Shown here: positions 15,001 to 30,000 of the stretch, one piece after another | Layout of the letters: each line of letters opens with the position of its first letter | Numbering within the stretch: the first letter of the stretch is position 1 | Source of the DNA: Eledone cirrhosa | Lineage: Eukaryota | Direction: 5' to 3' | Assembly: GCA_964016885.1 (NCBI GenBank) | Contig: OZ024740.1 | Location: forward strand, 364,870,001 to 364,934,000 | Length of the DNA stretch: 64,000 nucleotides | Notes under the pieces: generated by a model | Seen by the model: only the letters and a program-made list of their open reading frames with translations | Databases searched by the model: none | What the model was told of the DNA's origin: nothing | Made by a program: the position numbers and the translations under genes

Positions 15001-18000
15001 CAGTATATGTTCGATAGTACTAACAATTTGCTAAACATATCCTCTTCCTTCTCTCAACCACAGTCAGTATATGTTCTATAGCACTAACAATTAGCTAAAC
15101 ATATACTCTTCCTTCTCTCAACCACAGTCAGTATATGTTCTATAGTACTAACAATTAGCTAAATATATCCTCCCCCTTCTCTCAACCACAGTCAGTATAT
15201 GTTCTATAGCACTAACAATTAGCTAAACATATCCTCCTCCTTCTCTCAACCACAGTCAGTATATGTTCTATAGTACTAAGAGTTAGCTAAACATATCATG
15301 TTCCTTCTCTCAACCACATTCAGTATATGTTCTATAGTACTAACAATTAGCTAAACATATCCACTTCCTTCTCTCAACCACAGTCAGTACATGTTCTATA
15401 GTACTAACAATTAGCTAAACATATCCTCCCATTCACTCAAACACAGTCAGTATATTTTCTATAGCACTAACAATTAGCTAAACATATCCTCCTCCTTCTC
15501 TCAACTACAGTCAGTATATGTCCTATAGTACTAACAATTAGCTAAACATATCCTCCCCTCCTCTCAACCACAGTCAGTATATGTTCTATAGTACTAACAA
15601 TTAGCTAAACATTTCCTCTCCTCCTTTCAACCACAGTCAGTATATGTTCTATAGTACTAACAATTAGCTAAACATTTCCTCTTCCTTCTCTCAACCACAG
15701 TCAGTATATGTTCTATAGTACTAACAATTAGCTAAACATATCCCCTTCCTTCTCGCAACCACAGTCAGTATATGTTCTATAGTACTAACAATTAGCTAAA
15801 CATATCCTATCCTTCTCTCAACCACAGTCAGTATATGTACTATAGTACTAACAATTAGCTAAACATATCCTCCCCTTCTCTCAACCACAGTCAGTATATG
15901 TTCTATAGTAGTAACAATTAGCTAACATATCCTCCCCCTTCTCTCAACCACAGTCAGTATATGTTCTATAGTACTAACAATTAGCTAAACACATCCTCCT
16001 CCTTCTCTCAACCACAGTCAGTATATGTTCTATAGTACTAACAATTAGCTAAACATATCCTCTCCCTTCTATCAACTACAGTCAGTATATGTTCTACAGT
16101 ACTAACAATTAGCTAAACATATCCTCCTCCTTCTCTCAACCACAGTCAGTATATGTTCTATAGTACTAACAATTAGCTAAACATATCCTCTTCCTTCTCT
16201 CAACCACAGTCAGTATATGTTCTATAGCACTAACAATTAGCTAAACATATACTCTTCCTTCTCTCAACCACAGTCAGTATATGTTCTATAGTACTAACAA
16301 TTAGCTAAACATATCCTCCCCCTTCTCTTAACCACAGTCAGTATATGTTCTATAGCACTAACAATTAGCTAAACGTATCCTCCTCCTTCTCTCAACCACA
16401 GTCAGTATATGTTCTATAATACTAACAATTAGCTAAACATATCCTCCCCTTCTCTCAACCACAGTCGGTATATGTTCTATAGTACTAACAAATAGCTAAA
16501 CATATCCTCTTCCTTCTCGCAACCACAGTCAGTATATGTTCTATAGTACTAACAATTAGCTAAACATATCCTCCCCTTCTCTTAACCACAGTCAGTATAT
16601 GTTCTATAGTACTAACAATTAGCTAAACATATCCTCCTCCTTCTCTCAACCACAGTCAGTATATGTTCTATAGTACTAACAATTAGCTAAACATATCCTC
16701 CTCCTTCTCTCAACCACAGTCAGTATATGTTCTATAATACTAACAATTAGCTAAACATATCCTCCCCTTCTCTCAACCACAGTCGGTATATGTTCTATAG
16801 TACTAACAAATAGCTAAACATATCCTCTTCCTTCTCGCAACCACAGTCAGTATATGTTCTATAGTACTAACAATTAGCTAAACATATCCTCCCCTTCTCT
16901 TAACCACAGTCAGTATATGTTCTATAGTACTAACAATTAGCTAAACATATCCTCCCCCTTCTATCAACTACAGTCATTATATGTTCTATAGTACTAACAA
17001 TTAGCTAAACATATCCTCCCCCTTCTATCAACTACAGTCAGTATATGTTCTACAGTACTAACAATTAGCTAAACATATCCTCCCCTTCTCTCAACCACAG
17101 ACAGTATATGTTCTATAGTACTAACAATTAGCTAAACATATCCACTTCCTTCTCTCAACCACAGTCAGTACATGTTCTATAGTACTAACAATTAGCTAAA
17201 CATATCCTCCCATTCTCTCAACCACAGTCAGTATATGTTCTATAGTACTAACAATTAGCTAAACATATCCTCCTCCTTCCCTCAACCACAGTCAGTATAT
17301 GTTCTATAATAGTAACAATTAGCTAAACATATCCTCCCCTTCTCTCAATCACAGTCAGTATATGTTCTATAGTAATAACAATTAGCTAAACATATCCTCA
17401 TCCTTCTCTAAACCACAGTCAGTATATGTTCTATAGTACTAACAACTAGCTAAACATATCCTCCCCCTTCTCTCAACCACAGTCAGTATATGTTCTATAA
17501 TACTAACAATTAGCTAAACATATCCTCCCCTTCTCTCAACCACAGTCAGTATATGTTCTATAGTACTAACAATTAGCTGAACATATCATGTTCCTTCTCT
17601 CAACCACAGTCAGTATATGTTCTATAGTATAACAATTAGCTAAACATATCCACTTCCTTCTCTCAACCACAGTCAGTACATGTTCTATAGTACTAACAAT
17701 TAGCTAAACATATCCTCCCATTCTCTCAAACACAGTCAGTATATGTTCTATAGCACTAACAATTAGCTAAACATATCCTCCTCCTTCTCTCAACTACAGT
17801 CAGTATATGTCCTATAGTACTAACAATTAGCTAAACATATCCTCCCCTCCTCTCAACCACAGTCAGTATATGTTCTATAGTACTAACAATTAGCTAAAAT
17901 TTCCTCTCCTCCTTTCAACCACAGTCAGTATATGTTCTATAGTACTAACAATTAGCTAAACATTTCCTATTCCTTCTCTCAACCACAGTCAGTATATGTT

Positions 18001-21000
18001 CTATAGTACTAACAATTAGCTAAACATATCCTCTTCCTTCTCGCAACCACAGTCAGTATATGTTCTATAGTACTAACAATTAGCTAAACATATCCTCTCC
18101 TTCTCTCAACCACAGTCTGTATATGTTCTATAGTACTAACAATTAGCTAAACATATCCTCCCCTTCTCTCAACCACAGTCAGTATATGTTCTATAGTAGT
18201 AACAATTAGCTAACATATCCTCCCCCTTCTCTCAACCACAGTCAGTATATGTTCTATGGTACTAACAATTAGCTAAACACATCCTCCTCCTTCTCTCAAC
18301 CACAGTCAGTATATGTTCTATAGTACTAACAGTTAGCTAAACATATCCTCCCCCTTCTATCAACTACAGTCAGTATATGGTCTACAGTACTAACAATTAG
18401 CTAAACATATCCTCCTCCTTCTCTCAACCACAGTCAGTATATGTTCTATAGTACTAACAATTAGCTAAACATATCCTCTTCCTTCTCTCAACCACAGTCA
18501 GTATATGTTCTATAGCACTAACAATTAGCTAAACATATACTCTTCCTTCTCTCAACCACAGTCAGTATATGTTCTATAGTACTAACATTTAGCTAAACAT
18601 ATCCTCCCCCTTCTCTCAACCACAGTCAGTATATGTTCTATAGCACTAACAATTAGCTAAACATATCCTCCTCCTTCTCTCAACCACAGTCAGTATATGT
18701 TCTATAATACTAACAATTAGCTAAACATATCCTCCCCTTCTCTCAACCAAAGTCGGTATATGTTCTATAGTACTAACAAATAGCTAAACATATCCTCTTC
18801 CTTCTCGCAACCACAATCAGTATATGTTCTATAGTACTAACAATTAGCTAAAGATATCCTCCCCTTCTCTTAACCACAGTCAGTATATGTTCTATAGTAC
18901 TAACAATTAGCTAAACATATCCTCCTCCTTCTCTCAACCACAGTCAGTATATGTTCTATAGTACTAACAATTAGCTAAACATATCCTCTTCCTTCTCTCA
19001 ACCACAGTCAGTATATGTTCTATAATACTAACAATTAGCTAAACATATCCTCCCCTTCTCTCAACCACAGTCAGTATATGTTCTATAGTATTAACAATTA
19101 GCTAAACATATCATGTTCCTTCTCTCAACTACAGTCAGTATATGTTCTATAGTACTAACAATTAGCTAAACATATCCACTTCCTTCTCTCAACCACAGTC
19201 AGTACATGTTCTATAGTACTAACAATTAGCTAAACATATCCTCCCATTCTCTCAAACACAGTCGGTATATGTTCTATAGTACTAACAATTAGCTAAACAT
19301 ATCCTCCTCCTTCTCTCAACCACACTCAGTATATGTTCTATAATACTAACAATTAGCTGAACATATCCTCCCTTTCTCTCAACCACAGTCGGTATATGTT
19401 CTATAGTACTAACAATTAGCTAAACATATCCTCTTCCTTCTCGCAACCACAGTCAGTATATGTTCTATAGTACTAACAATTAGCTAAACATATCCTCCCC
19501 TTCTGTTAACCACAGTCAGTATATGTTCTATAGTACTAACAATTAGCTAAACATATCCTCCCCTTCTCTCAACCACAGTCAGTATATGTTCTATAGCACT
19601 AACAATTAGCTAAACATATACTCCCCTTCTCTCAACCACAGTCAGTATATGTTCTATAGTACTAACAATTAGCTAAACATATCATCTTCCTTCTCTCAAC
19701 CACAGTCAGTATATGTTCTATAGTACTAACAATTAGCTAAACATATCATCTTCCTTCTCTCAACCACAGTCAGTATATGTTCTATAGTACTAACAATTAG
19801 CTAAACATATCCACTTCCTTCTCTCAACCACAGTCAGTACATGTTCTATAGTACTAACAATTAGCTAAACATATCCTCCCCTTCTCTCAACCACAGTCAG
19901 TATATGTTCTATAGTACTAGCAATTAGCTAAACATATCCTCTTCCTTCTCTCAACCACAGTCAGTATATGTTCGATAGTACTAACAATTAGCTAAACATA
20001 TCCTCCTCCTTCTCGCAACCACAGTCAGTATATGTTCCATAGTACTAACAATTAGCTAAACATAACCTCCCCCTTCTCTCAACTACAGTCAGTATATGTT
20101 CTATAGTACTAACAATTAGCTAAACATATCCTCCCCTTATGTCAACCACAGTCAGTATATGTTCTATAGTACTAACAATTAGCTAAACATATCCTCTTCC
20201 TTCTCTCAACCACAGTCAGTACATGTTCTATAGTACTAACAATTAGCTAAACATATTCTCCCCTCCCCTCAACCACAGTCAGTATATGTTCTATAGTACT
20301 AACAATTAGCTAAACATATCCTCTTCCTTCTCTCAACCACAGTCAGTATATGTTCTATAGTACTAACAATTAGCTAAACATATCCTCCCCTTCTCTAAAC
20401 CACTGTCAGTATATGTTCTATAGTACTAACAATTAGTTAAACATATCATCTTCCTTCTCTCAACCACAGTCAGTATATGTTCTATAGTACTAACAATTAG
20501 CTAAACATATCCTGCTCCTTCTCGCAACCACAGTCAGTATATGTTCTATAGTACTAACAATTAGTTAAACATATCTTCCTCCTTCCCTCAACCACAGTCA
20601 GTAATTGTTCGATAGTACTAACAATTAGCTAAACATATCCTCCTCCTTCTCTCAACCACAGTCAGTATATGTTCTATAGTACTAACAATTAGCTAAACAT
20701 ATCCTCCTCCTTCCCTCAACCACAGTCAGTATATGTTCTATAGTACTAACAATTAGCTAAACATATCCTCTTCCATCTCTCAACCACAGTCAGTATATGT
20801 TCTATAGTACTAACAATTTGCTAAACATATCCTCCCCTTCTCTCAACCACAGTCAGTAATTGTTCTATAGTACTAACAATTAGCTAAACATATCCTCCTC
20901 CTTCTCTCAACCACAGTCAGTATATGTTCTATAGTACTAACAATTAGCTAAACATATCCTCTTCCTTCTCTCAACCACTGTCAGTATATGTTCTATAATA

Positions 21001-24000
21001 CTAACACTTAGCTAAACATATCCTCCCCTTATCTCAACCACAGTCAGTATATGTTCTATAGGACTAATAATTAGCTAAACATATCCTCTTCCTTCTCTCA
21101 ACCACAGTCAGTACATGTTCTATAGTACTAACAATTAGCTAAACATATCCTCCCCTCCCCTCAACCAGAGTCAGTATATGTTCTATAGTACTAACAATTA
21201 GCTAAACATATATTCCTCCTTTTCTCAACCACAGTGAGTATATGTTCTATAACACTAACAACTAGCTAAACATATCCTCCCCTTCTCTCAATCACACTCA
21301 GTATATGTTCTATAGTACTAACAAATAGCTAAACATATCCTCATCCTTCTCTAAACCACTGTCAGTATATGTTCTATAGTACTAACAATAGCTAAACATA
21401 TCCTCCCCTTCTCTCAACCACAGTCAGTATATGTTCTATAGTACTAACAATTAGCTAAACATATCCTCTTCCTTCTCTCAACCACAGTCAGTATATGTTC
21501 TATAGTACTAACAATTAGCTAAACATATCTTCCCCCTTCTATCAACTACAGTCAGTATATGTTCTATAGTACTAACAATTAGCTAAACATATCCTCCTCC
21601 TTCTCTCAACCAGAGTCAGTATATGTTCTATAGTACTAACAATTAGCTAAACATATCTTCCTCCTTTTCTCAACCACAGTCAGTATATGTTCTATAACAC
21701 TAACAATTAGCTAAACATATCCTCCCCTTCTCTCAACCACAGTCAGTATATGTTCTATAGTACTAACAATTAGCTAAACATATCCTCTTCCTTCTCTCAA
21801 CCACAGTCAGTATATGTTCTATAGTACTAACAATTAGCTAAACATATCCTCCCCCTTCTATCAACTATAGTCAGTATATGTTCTATAGTACTAACAATTA
21901 GCTAAACATATCCTCCCCCTTCTCTCAACCACAGTCAGTATATGTTCTATAGTACTAACAATTAGCTAAACATATCCTCCCCCTTCTCTCAACCACAGTC
22001 AGTATATGTTCTATAGTACTAACAATTAGCTAAACATATCCTCTTCCTTCTCTCAACCACAGTCAGTATATGTTCTACAGTACTAACAATTAGCTAAACA
22101 TATACTCTTCCTTCTCTCAACCACAGTCAGTATATGTTCGATAGTACTAACAATTAGCTAAACATATCCTCTTCCTTCTCTCAACCACAGTCAGTATATG
22201 TTCTATGGTACTAACAATTAGCTAAACATATACTCTTCCTTCTCTCAACCACAGTCAGTATATGTTCTATAGTACTAACAATTAGCTAAACATATCCTCC
22301 CCCTTCTATCAACTACAGTCAGTATATGTTCTATAGTACTAACAATTAGCTAAACATATCCTTCTCCTTCTCTCAACCACAGTCAGTATATGTTCTATAG
22401 TACTAACAATTAGCTAAACATATCCCCTCCTTCTCACAACCACAGTCAGTATATGTTCTATAGTACTAACAATTAGCTAAACATATTCTCTTCCTTCTCT
22501 CAACCACAGTCAGTATATGTTCTATAGTACTAACAATTAGCTAAACATATCCTCTTCCTTCTCTCAACCACAGTCAGTATATGTTCTATAGTACTAACAA
22601 TTAGCTAAACATAACCTCCCCCTTCTCTCAACTACAGTCAGTATATGTTCTATAGTACTAACAATTAACTAAACATATCCTCCCCTTCTCTCAACCACAG
22701 TCAGTATATGTTCTATAGTACTAACAATTAGCTAAACATATCCTCCCCCTTCTCTTAACCACAGTCAGTATATGTTCTATAGTACTAACAATTAGCTAAA
22801 CATATCCTCCCCCTTCTCTCAAATACAGTCAGTATATGTTCTATAGTACTAACAATTAGCTAAACATATCCTCCTCCTTCTCTCAACCACAGTCAGTATA
22901 TGTTCTATAGTACTAACAATTAGCTAAACATATCCCCTCCTTCTCTCAACCACAGTCAGAATATGTTCTATAGTACTAACAATTAGCTAAACATATTCTC
23001 TTCCTTCTCTCAACCACAGTCAGTATATGCTCTATAGTACTAACAATTAGCTAAACATATCCTCCTCCTTCTCGCAACCACAGTCAGTATATGTTCTATA
23101 GTACTAACAATTAGTTAAACATATCCTCCTCCTTTTCTCAACCACAGTCAGTATATGTTCTATAGTACTAACAATTAGCTAAACATATACTCTTCCTTCT
23201 CTCCACCACAGTCAGTATATATTCTATAGTACTAACAATTAGCTAAACATATCCTCTTCCTTCTCTCAACCACAGTCAGTATATGTTCTATAGTACTAAC
23301 AATTTGCTAAACATATCCTCTTCCTTCTCTCAACCACAGTCAGTATATGTTCTATAGTGCTAACAATTAGCTAAACATATCCTCCCCTTCTCTCAATCAC
23401 AGTCAGTATATTTTCTATAGTACTAACAATTAGCTAAACATATACTCTTCCTTCTCTCCACCACAGTCAGTATATGTTCTATAGTACTAACAATTAGCTA
23501 AACATATCCTCCGCCTCCTCTCAACCACAGTCAATATATGTTCTATAGTACTAACAATTAGCTAAACATATCCTCTTCCTTCTCTCAACCACTGTCAGTA
23601 TATGTTCTATAGTACTAACAATTAGCTAAACATATCCTCTCCCTACTCTCAACCACAGTCAGTATATGTTCTATAGTACTAACAATTAGCTAAACATATC
23701 CTCTTCCTTCTCTCAACCACAATCAGTATATGTTCTATGGTACTAACAATTAGCTAAACATATACTCTTCCTTCTCTCAACCACAGTCAGTATATGTTCT
23801 ATGGTACTAACAATTAGCTAAACATATACTCTTCCTTCTCTCAACCACAGTCAGTATATGTTCTATAGTACTAACAATTAGCTAAACATATCCTCCCCCT
23901 TCTATCAACTACAGACAGTATATGTTCTAGAGTACTAACGATTAGCTAAACATATCCTCCTCCTTCTCTCAACCACAGTCAGTATATGTTCTATAGTACT

Positions 24001-27000
24001 AACAATTAGCTAAACATATCCCCTCCTTCTCACAACCACAGTCAGTATATGTTCTATAGTACTAACAATTAGCTAAACATATTCTCTTCCTTCTCTCAAC
24101 CACAGTCAGTATATGTTCTATAGTACTAACAATTAGCTAAACATATCCTCTTCCTTCTCTCAACCACAGTCAGTATATGTTCTATAGTACTAACCATTAG
24201 CTAAACATATCCTCCCCCTTCTCTCAACTACAGTCAGTATATGTTCTATAGTACTAACAATTAGCTAAACATATCCTCCCCTTCTCTCAACCACAGTCAG
24301 TATATGTTCTATAGTACTAACAATTAGCAAAACATATCCTCCCCCTTCTCTTAACCACAGTCAGTATATGTTCTATAGTACTAACAATTAGCTAAACATA
24401 TCCTCCCCCTTCTCTCAAATACAGTCAGTATATGTTCTATAGTAGTAACAATTAGCTAAACATATCCTCACCTTCTCTCAACCACAGTCAGTATATGTTC
24501 TACAGTACTAACAATTAGCTAAACATATCCTCTTCCTTCTCTCAACCACAGTCAGTATATGTTCTATAGTACTAACAATTAGCTAAACATATCCTCCCCT
24601 TCTCTCAACCACTGTCAGTATATGTTCTATAGTACTAACAATTAGCTAAACATATCATCTTCCTTCTCTCAACCACAGTCAGTATATGTTCTACAGTACT
24701 AACAATTAGCTAAACATATCCTCCCCTTCTCACAACCACAGTCAGTATATGTTCTATAGTACTAACAATTAGCTAAACATATCCCCCCCTTCTCTCAACC
24801 ACAGTCAGTATATGTTCTATAGTACTAACAATTAGCTAAACATATCCTCCCCTTCTCTCAAACACAGTCAGTATATGTTCTATAGTACCAACAATTAGCT
24901 AAACATATCCTCCTCCTTCTCTCAACCACAGTCACTATATGTTCTATAGTACTAACAATTAGCTAAACATATCCTCCCCCTTCTCTCAACCACTGTCAGT
25001 ATATGTTCTATAGTACTACCAATTAGCTAAACATATCCTCTTCCTTCTCTCAACTACAGTCAGTATATGCTCTACACTACTAACAATTAGCTAAACATAT
25101 CCTCCTCCTTCTCTCAACCACAGTCAGTATATGTTCTATAGTACTAACAATTAGCTAAACATACCCCCCCCCCCCCTTCTCTCAACCACAGTCAGTATAT
25201 GTTCTATAGTTCTAACAATTAGCTAAACATATCCTCCCCCTTCTCTCAACCACAGTCAGTATATGTTCTATAGTGCTAACAATTAGCTAAACATATCCTC
25301 TTCCTTCTCTCAACCACAGTCAGTATATGTTCTATAGTACTAACAATTTGCTAAACATATCCTCCCCCTTCTCTCAACCACAGTCAGTATATGTTCTATA
25401 GTGCTAACAATTAGCTAAACTTATCCACTTCCTTCTCACAACTACAGTCAGTACATGTTCTATAGTACTAACAATTACCTAAACATATCCCCTTCCTTCT
25501 CTCAACCACAGTCAGTATATGTTCTATAGTACTAACAATTAGCTAAACATATCCTCCCCTTTTCTAAACCACAGTCAGTATATGTTCTATAGTACTAACA
25601 ATTAGCTAAACATATACTCTTCCTTCTCTCCACCACAGTCAGTATATGTTCTCTAGTACTAACAATTAGCTAAACATATCCTCCTCCTTCTCTCAACCAC
25701 AGTCAGTATATGTTCTATAATACTAACAATTAGCTAAACATATCCTCCCCTTCTCACAATTACAGTCAGTATATGTTCTATAGTACTAATAATTAGCTAA
25801 ACATATCCTCATCCTTCTCTAAACCACAGTCAGTATATGTTCTATAGTACTAACAATTAGCTAAACATATCTTCCTCCTTCTTTCAACCACAGTCATCAT
25901 ATGTTCTATAGTACTAACAATTAGCTAAACATATCCTCCCCTTCTCTCAACCACAGTCAGTATATGTTCTATAGTACTAACAATTAGCTAAACATATCAT
26001 CCTCCTTCTCTCAACTACAGTCAGTATATGTTCTATAGTACTAACAATTAGCTAAACATATCCACTTTCTTCTCTCAACCACGGTCAGTATATGTTCTAT
26101 AGTACTAACAATTAGCTAAACATATCCTCCCCCTCCTCTCAACCACAGTCAATATATGTTTTATAGTACTAAAAATTAGCTAAACATATCCTCTTCCTTC
26201 TCTCAACCACTGTCAGTATATGTTCTATAGTACTAACCATTAGCTAAACATATCCTCCTCCTTCTCTCAACCACAGTCAGTATATGTTCTATAGTACTAA
26301 CAATTAGCTAAACATATCATCCTCCTTCTCTCAACTACAGTCAGTATATGTTCTATAGTACTAACAACTAGCTAAACATATCCTATTCCTTCTCTGAACC
26401 ACAGTCCGTATATGTTCTATAGTACTAACAATTAGCTAAACATATCTTCCCTTCTGTCAACCACAGTAAGTATATGTTCTATAGTACTAACAATTAGCTA
26501 AACATATCTTCCTCCTTCTCTCAACTACAGTCAGTATATGTTCTATAGTACTAACAATTAGCTAAACATATCCTCTTCCTTCTCTCAACCAAAGTCAGTA
26601 TATGTTCTATAGTACTAACAATTAGCTAAACATATCCACTTCCTTCTCTCAACCACGGTCAGTATATGTTCTATAGTATTAACAATTAGCTAAACATATC
26701 CACCCCCTCCTCTCAACCACAGTCAATATATGTTCTATAGTACTAACAATTAGCTAAACATATCCTCTTCCTTCTCTCAACCACAGTCAGTATATGTTCT
26801 ATAGTACTAACAATTAGCTAAATATATCCTCCCCCTTCTCTGCACCACAGTCAGTATATGTTCTATAGTACTAACAATTAGCTAAATATATCCTCCCCTT
26901 ATCTCAACCAGAGTCAGTATATGTTCTATAGTACTAACAATTAGCTAAACATATCCTCCTCCTTCTCTCAACCACAGTCAGTATATGTTCTATATTACTA

Positions 27001-30000
27001 ACAATTGCGCTAAACATATCCTCCCTCTTCTCTCAACCACAGTCAGTATATTTTCTATAGTACTAACAATTAGCTAAACATATCCTCCCCTTATCTCAAC
27101 CAGAGTCAGTATATGTTCTATAGTACTAACAATTAGCTAAACATATCCACCCCTTCACTCAACCACAGTCAGTATATGTTCTATAGTAATAACAATTAGC
27201 TAAACATATCCTCACCCTTCTCTCAACCACAGTCAGTATATGTTCTATAGTACTAACAATTAGCTAAACATATCCACCCCTTCTCTCAACCACACTCAGT
27301 ATATGTTCTATAGTACTGACAATTAGCTAAACATATCCACCCCTTCACTCAACCACAGTCAGTATATGTTCTATAGTAATAACAATTAGCTAAACATATC
27401 CTCACCCTTCTCTCAACCACAGTCAGTATATGTTCTATAGTACTAACAATTAGCTAAACATATCCACCCCTTCTCTCAACCACACTCAGTATATGTTCTA
27501 TAGTACTAACAATTAGCTAAACATATCCACCACTTCACTCAACCACAGTCAGTATATGTTCTATAGTAATAACAATTAGCTAAACATATCCTCACCCTTC
27601 TCTCAACCACAGTCAGTATATGTTCTAAAGTACTAACAATTAGCTAAACATATCCACCCCTTCTCTCAACCACACTCAGTATATGTTCTATAGTACTAAC
27701 AATTAGCTAAACATATCCTCCTCCTTCTCTCTACCACAGTCAGTATATGTTCTATACTACTAACAATTAGCTAAACATATCCTCACCTTCTCTCAACCAC
27801 AGTCAGTATATGTTCTATAGTAATAACAATTAGCTAAACATATCCTCCTCCTCTCAACCACACTCAGTATATGTTCTATAGTACTAACAATTAGCTAAAC
27901 ATATCCTCCCCTTCTCTCAACCACAGTCAGTATATGTTCTATAGTGCTAACAATTAGCTAAACATATCATCCTCCTTCTCTCAACTACAGTCAGTATATG
28001 TTCTATAGTACTAACAATTAGCTAAACATATCGTCTTCCTTCTCTCAACCACAGTCAGTATATGTTCTATAGTACTAACAATTAGCTAAACATATCCTCC
28101 CCCTCCTCTCAACCACAGTCAGTATATGTTCTATAGTAATAACAATTAGCTAAACATATCCTCACCCTTCTCTCAACCACAGTCAGTATATGTTCTATAG
28201 TACTAACAATTAGCTAAACATATCCACCCCTTCTCTCAACCACAGTCAGTATATGTTCTATAGTACTAACAATTAGCTAAACATATCCTCCCCTTCTCTC
28301 AACCACAGTCAGTATATGTTCTATAGTACTAACAATTAGCTAAACATATCCTCCTCCTTCTCTCAACCACAGTCAGTATATGTTCTATAGTACTAACAAT
28401 TAGCTAAACATATCCTCTTCCTTCTCTCAACCACAGTCAGTATATGTTCTATAGTACTAACAATTAGCTAAACATATCCTCTTCCTTCTCTGAACCACAG
28501 TCAGTATATTTTCTATAGTACTAACAATTAGCTAAACATATCCTCCCCCTTCTCTTAACCACTGTCAATATATGTCCTATAGTACTAACAATTAGCTAAA
28601 CATATCCTCCCCCTTCTCACAACTAGAGTCAGAATATGTTCTTTAGTACTAACAATTAGCTAAACATATCCTCTTCCTTCTCTTAACCACAGTCAGTATA
28701 TGTTCTATAGTACTAACAATTAGTTAAACATATCCTCTTCCTTCTCTGAACCACATTCAGTATATGTTCTATAGTACTAACAATTAGCTAAACATATCCT
28801 CCCCTTCTCTCAATCACAGTCAGTATTTGTTCTATAGTACTAACAATTATCTAAACATATCCCCCCCTTCTCTCAACCACAGTCAGTATATGTTCTATAG
28901 TACTAACAATTAGCTAAACATATCCTCTTCCTTCTCTTAACCACAGTCAGTATATGTTCTATAGTACTAACAATTAGCTAAACATATCCTCCCCCTTCTC
29001 TCAACCACAGTCAGTATATGTTCTATAGTACTAACAATTAGCTAAACGTATCCTCCCCTTCTCTCAATCACAGTCAGTATGTGTTCTACAGTACTAACAA
29101 TTATCTAAACATATCACCCCCCCTTCTCTCAACCACAGTCAGTATATGTTCTATAGTACTAACAATTAGCTAAACATATCCTCTTCCTTCTCTCAACTAC
29201 AGTCAGTATATGTTCTATATTACTAACAATTGCGCTAAACATATCCTCCCTCTTCTCTCAACCACAGTCAGTATATTTTCTATAGTACTAACAATTAGCT
29301 AAACATATCCTCCCCTTATCTCAACCAGAGTCAGTATATGTTCTATAGTACTAACAATTAGCTAAACATATCCACCCCTTCACTCAACCACAGTCAGTAT
29401 ATGTTCTATAGTAATAACAATTAGCTAAACATATCCTCACCCTTCTCTCAACCACAGTCAGTATATGTTCTATAGTACTAACAATTAGCTAAACATATCC
29501 ACCCCTTCTCTCAACCACACTCAGTATATGTTCTATAGTACTAACAATTAGCTAAACATATCCTCCTCCTTCTCTCTACCACAGTCAGTATATGTTCTAT
29601 ACTACTAACAATTAGCTAAACATATCCTCACCTTCTCTCAACCACAGTCAGTATATGTTGTATAGTAATAACAATTAGCTAAACATATCCTCCTCCTCTC
29701 AACCACAGTCAGTATATGTTCTATAGTACTAACAATTAGCTAAACATATCCTCCCCTCCTCTCAACCACAGTCAATATATGTTCTATAGTACTAACAATT
29801 AGCTAAACATATCCTCTTCCTTCTCTCAACCACAGTCAGTATATGTTCTATAGTACTAACAATTAGCTAAATATATCCTCCCCCTTCTCTGCACCACAGT
29901 CAGTATATGTTCTATAGTACTAACAATTAGCTAAATATATCCTCCCCTTATCTCAACCAGAGTCAGTATATGTTCTATAGTACTAACAATTAGCTAAACA

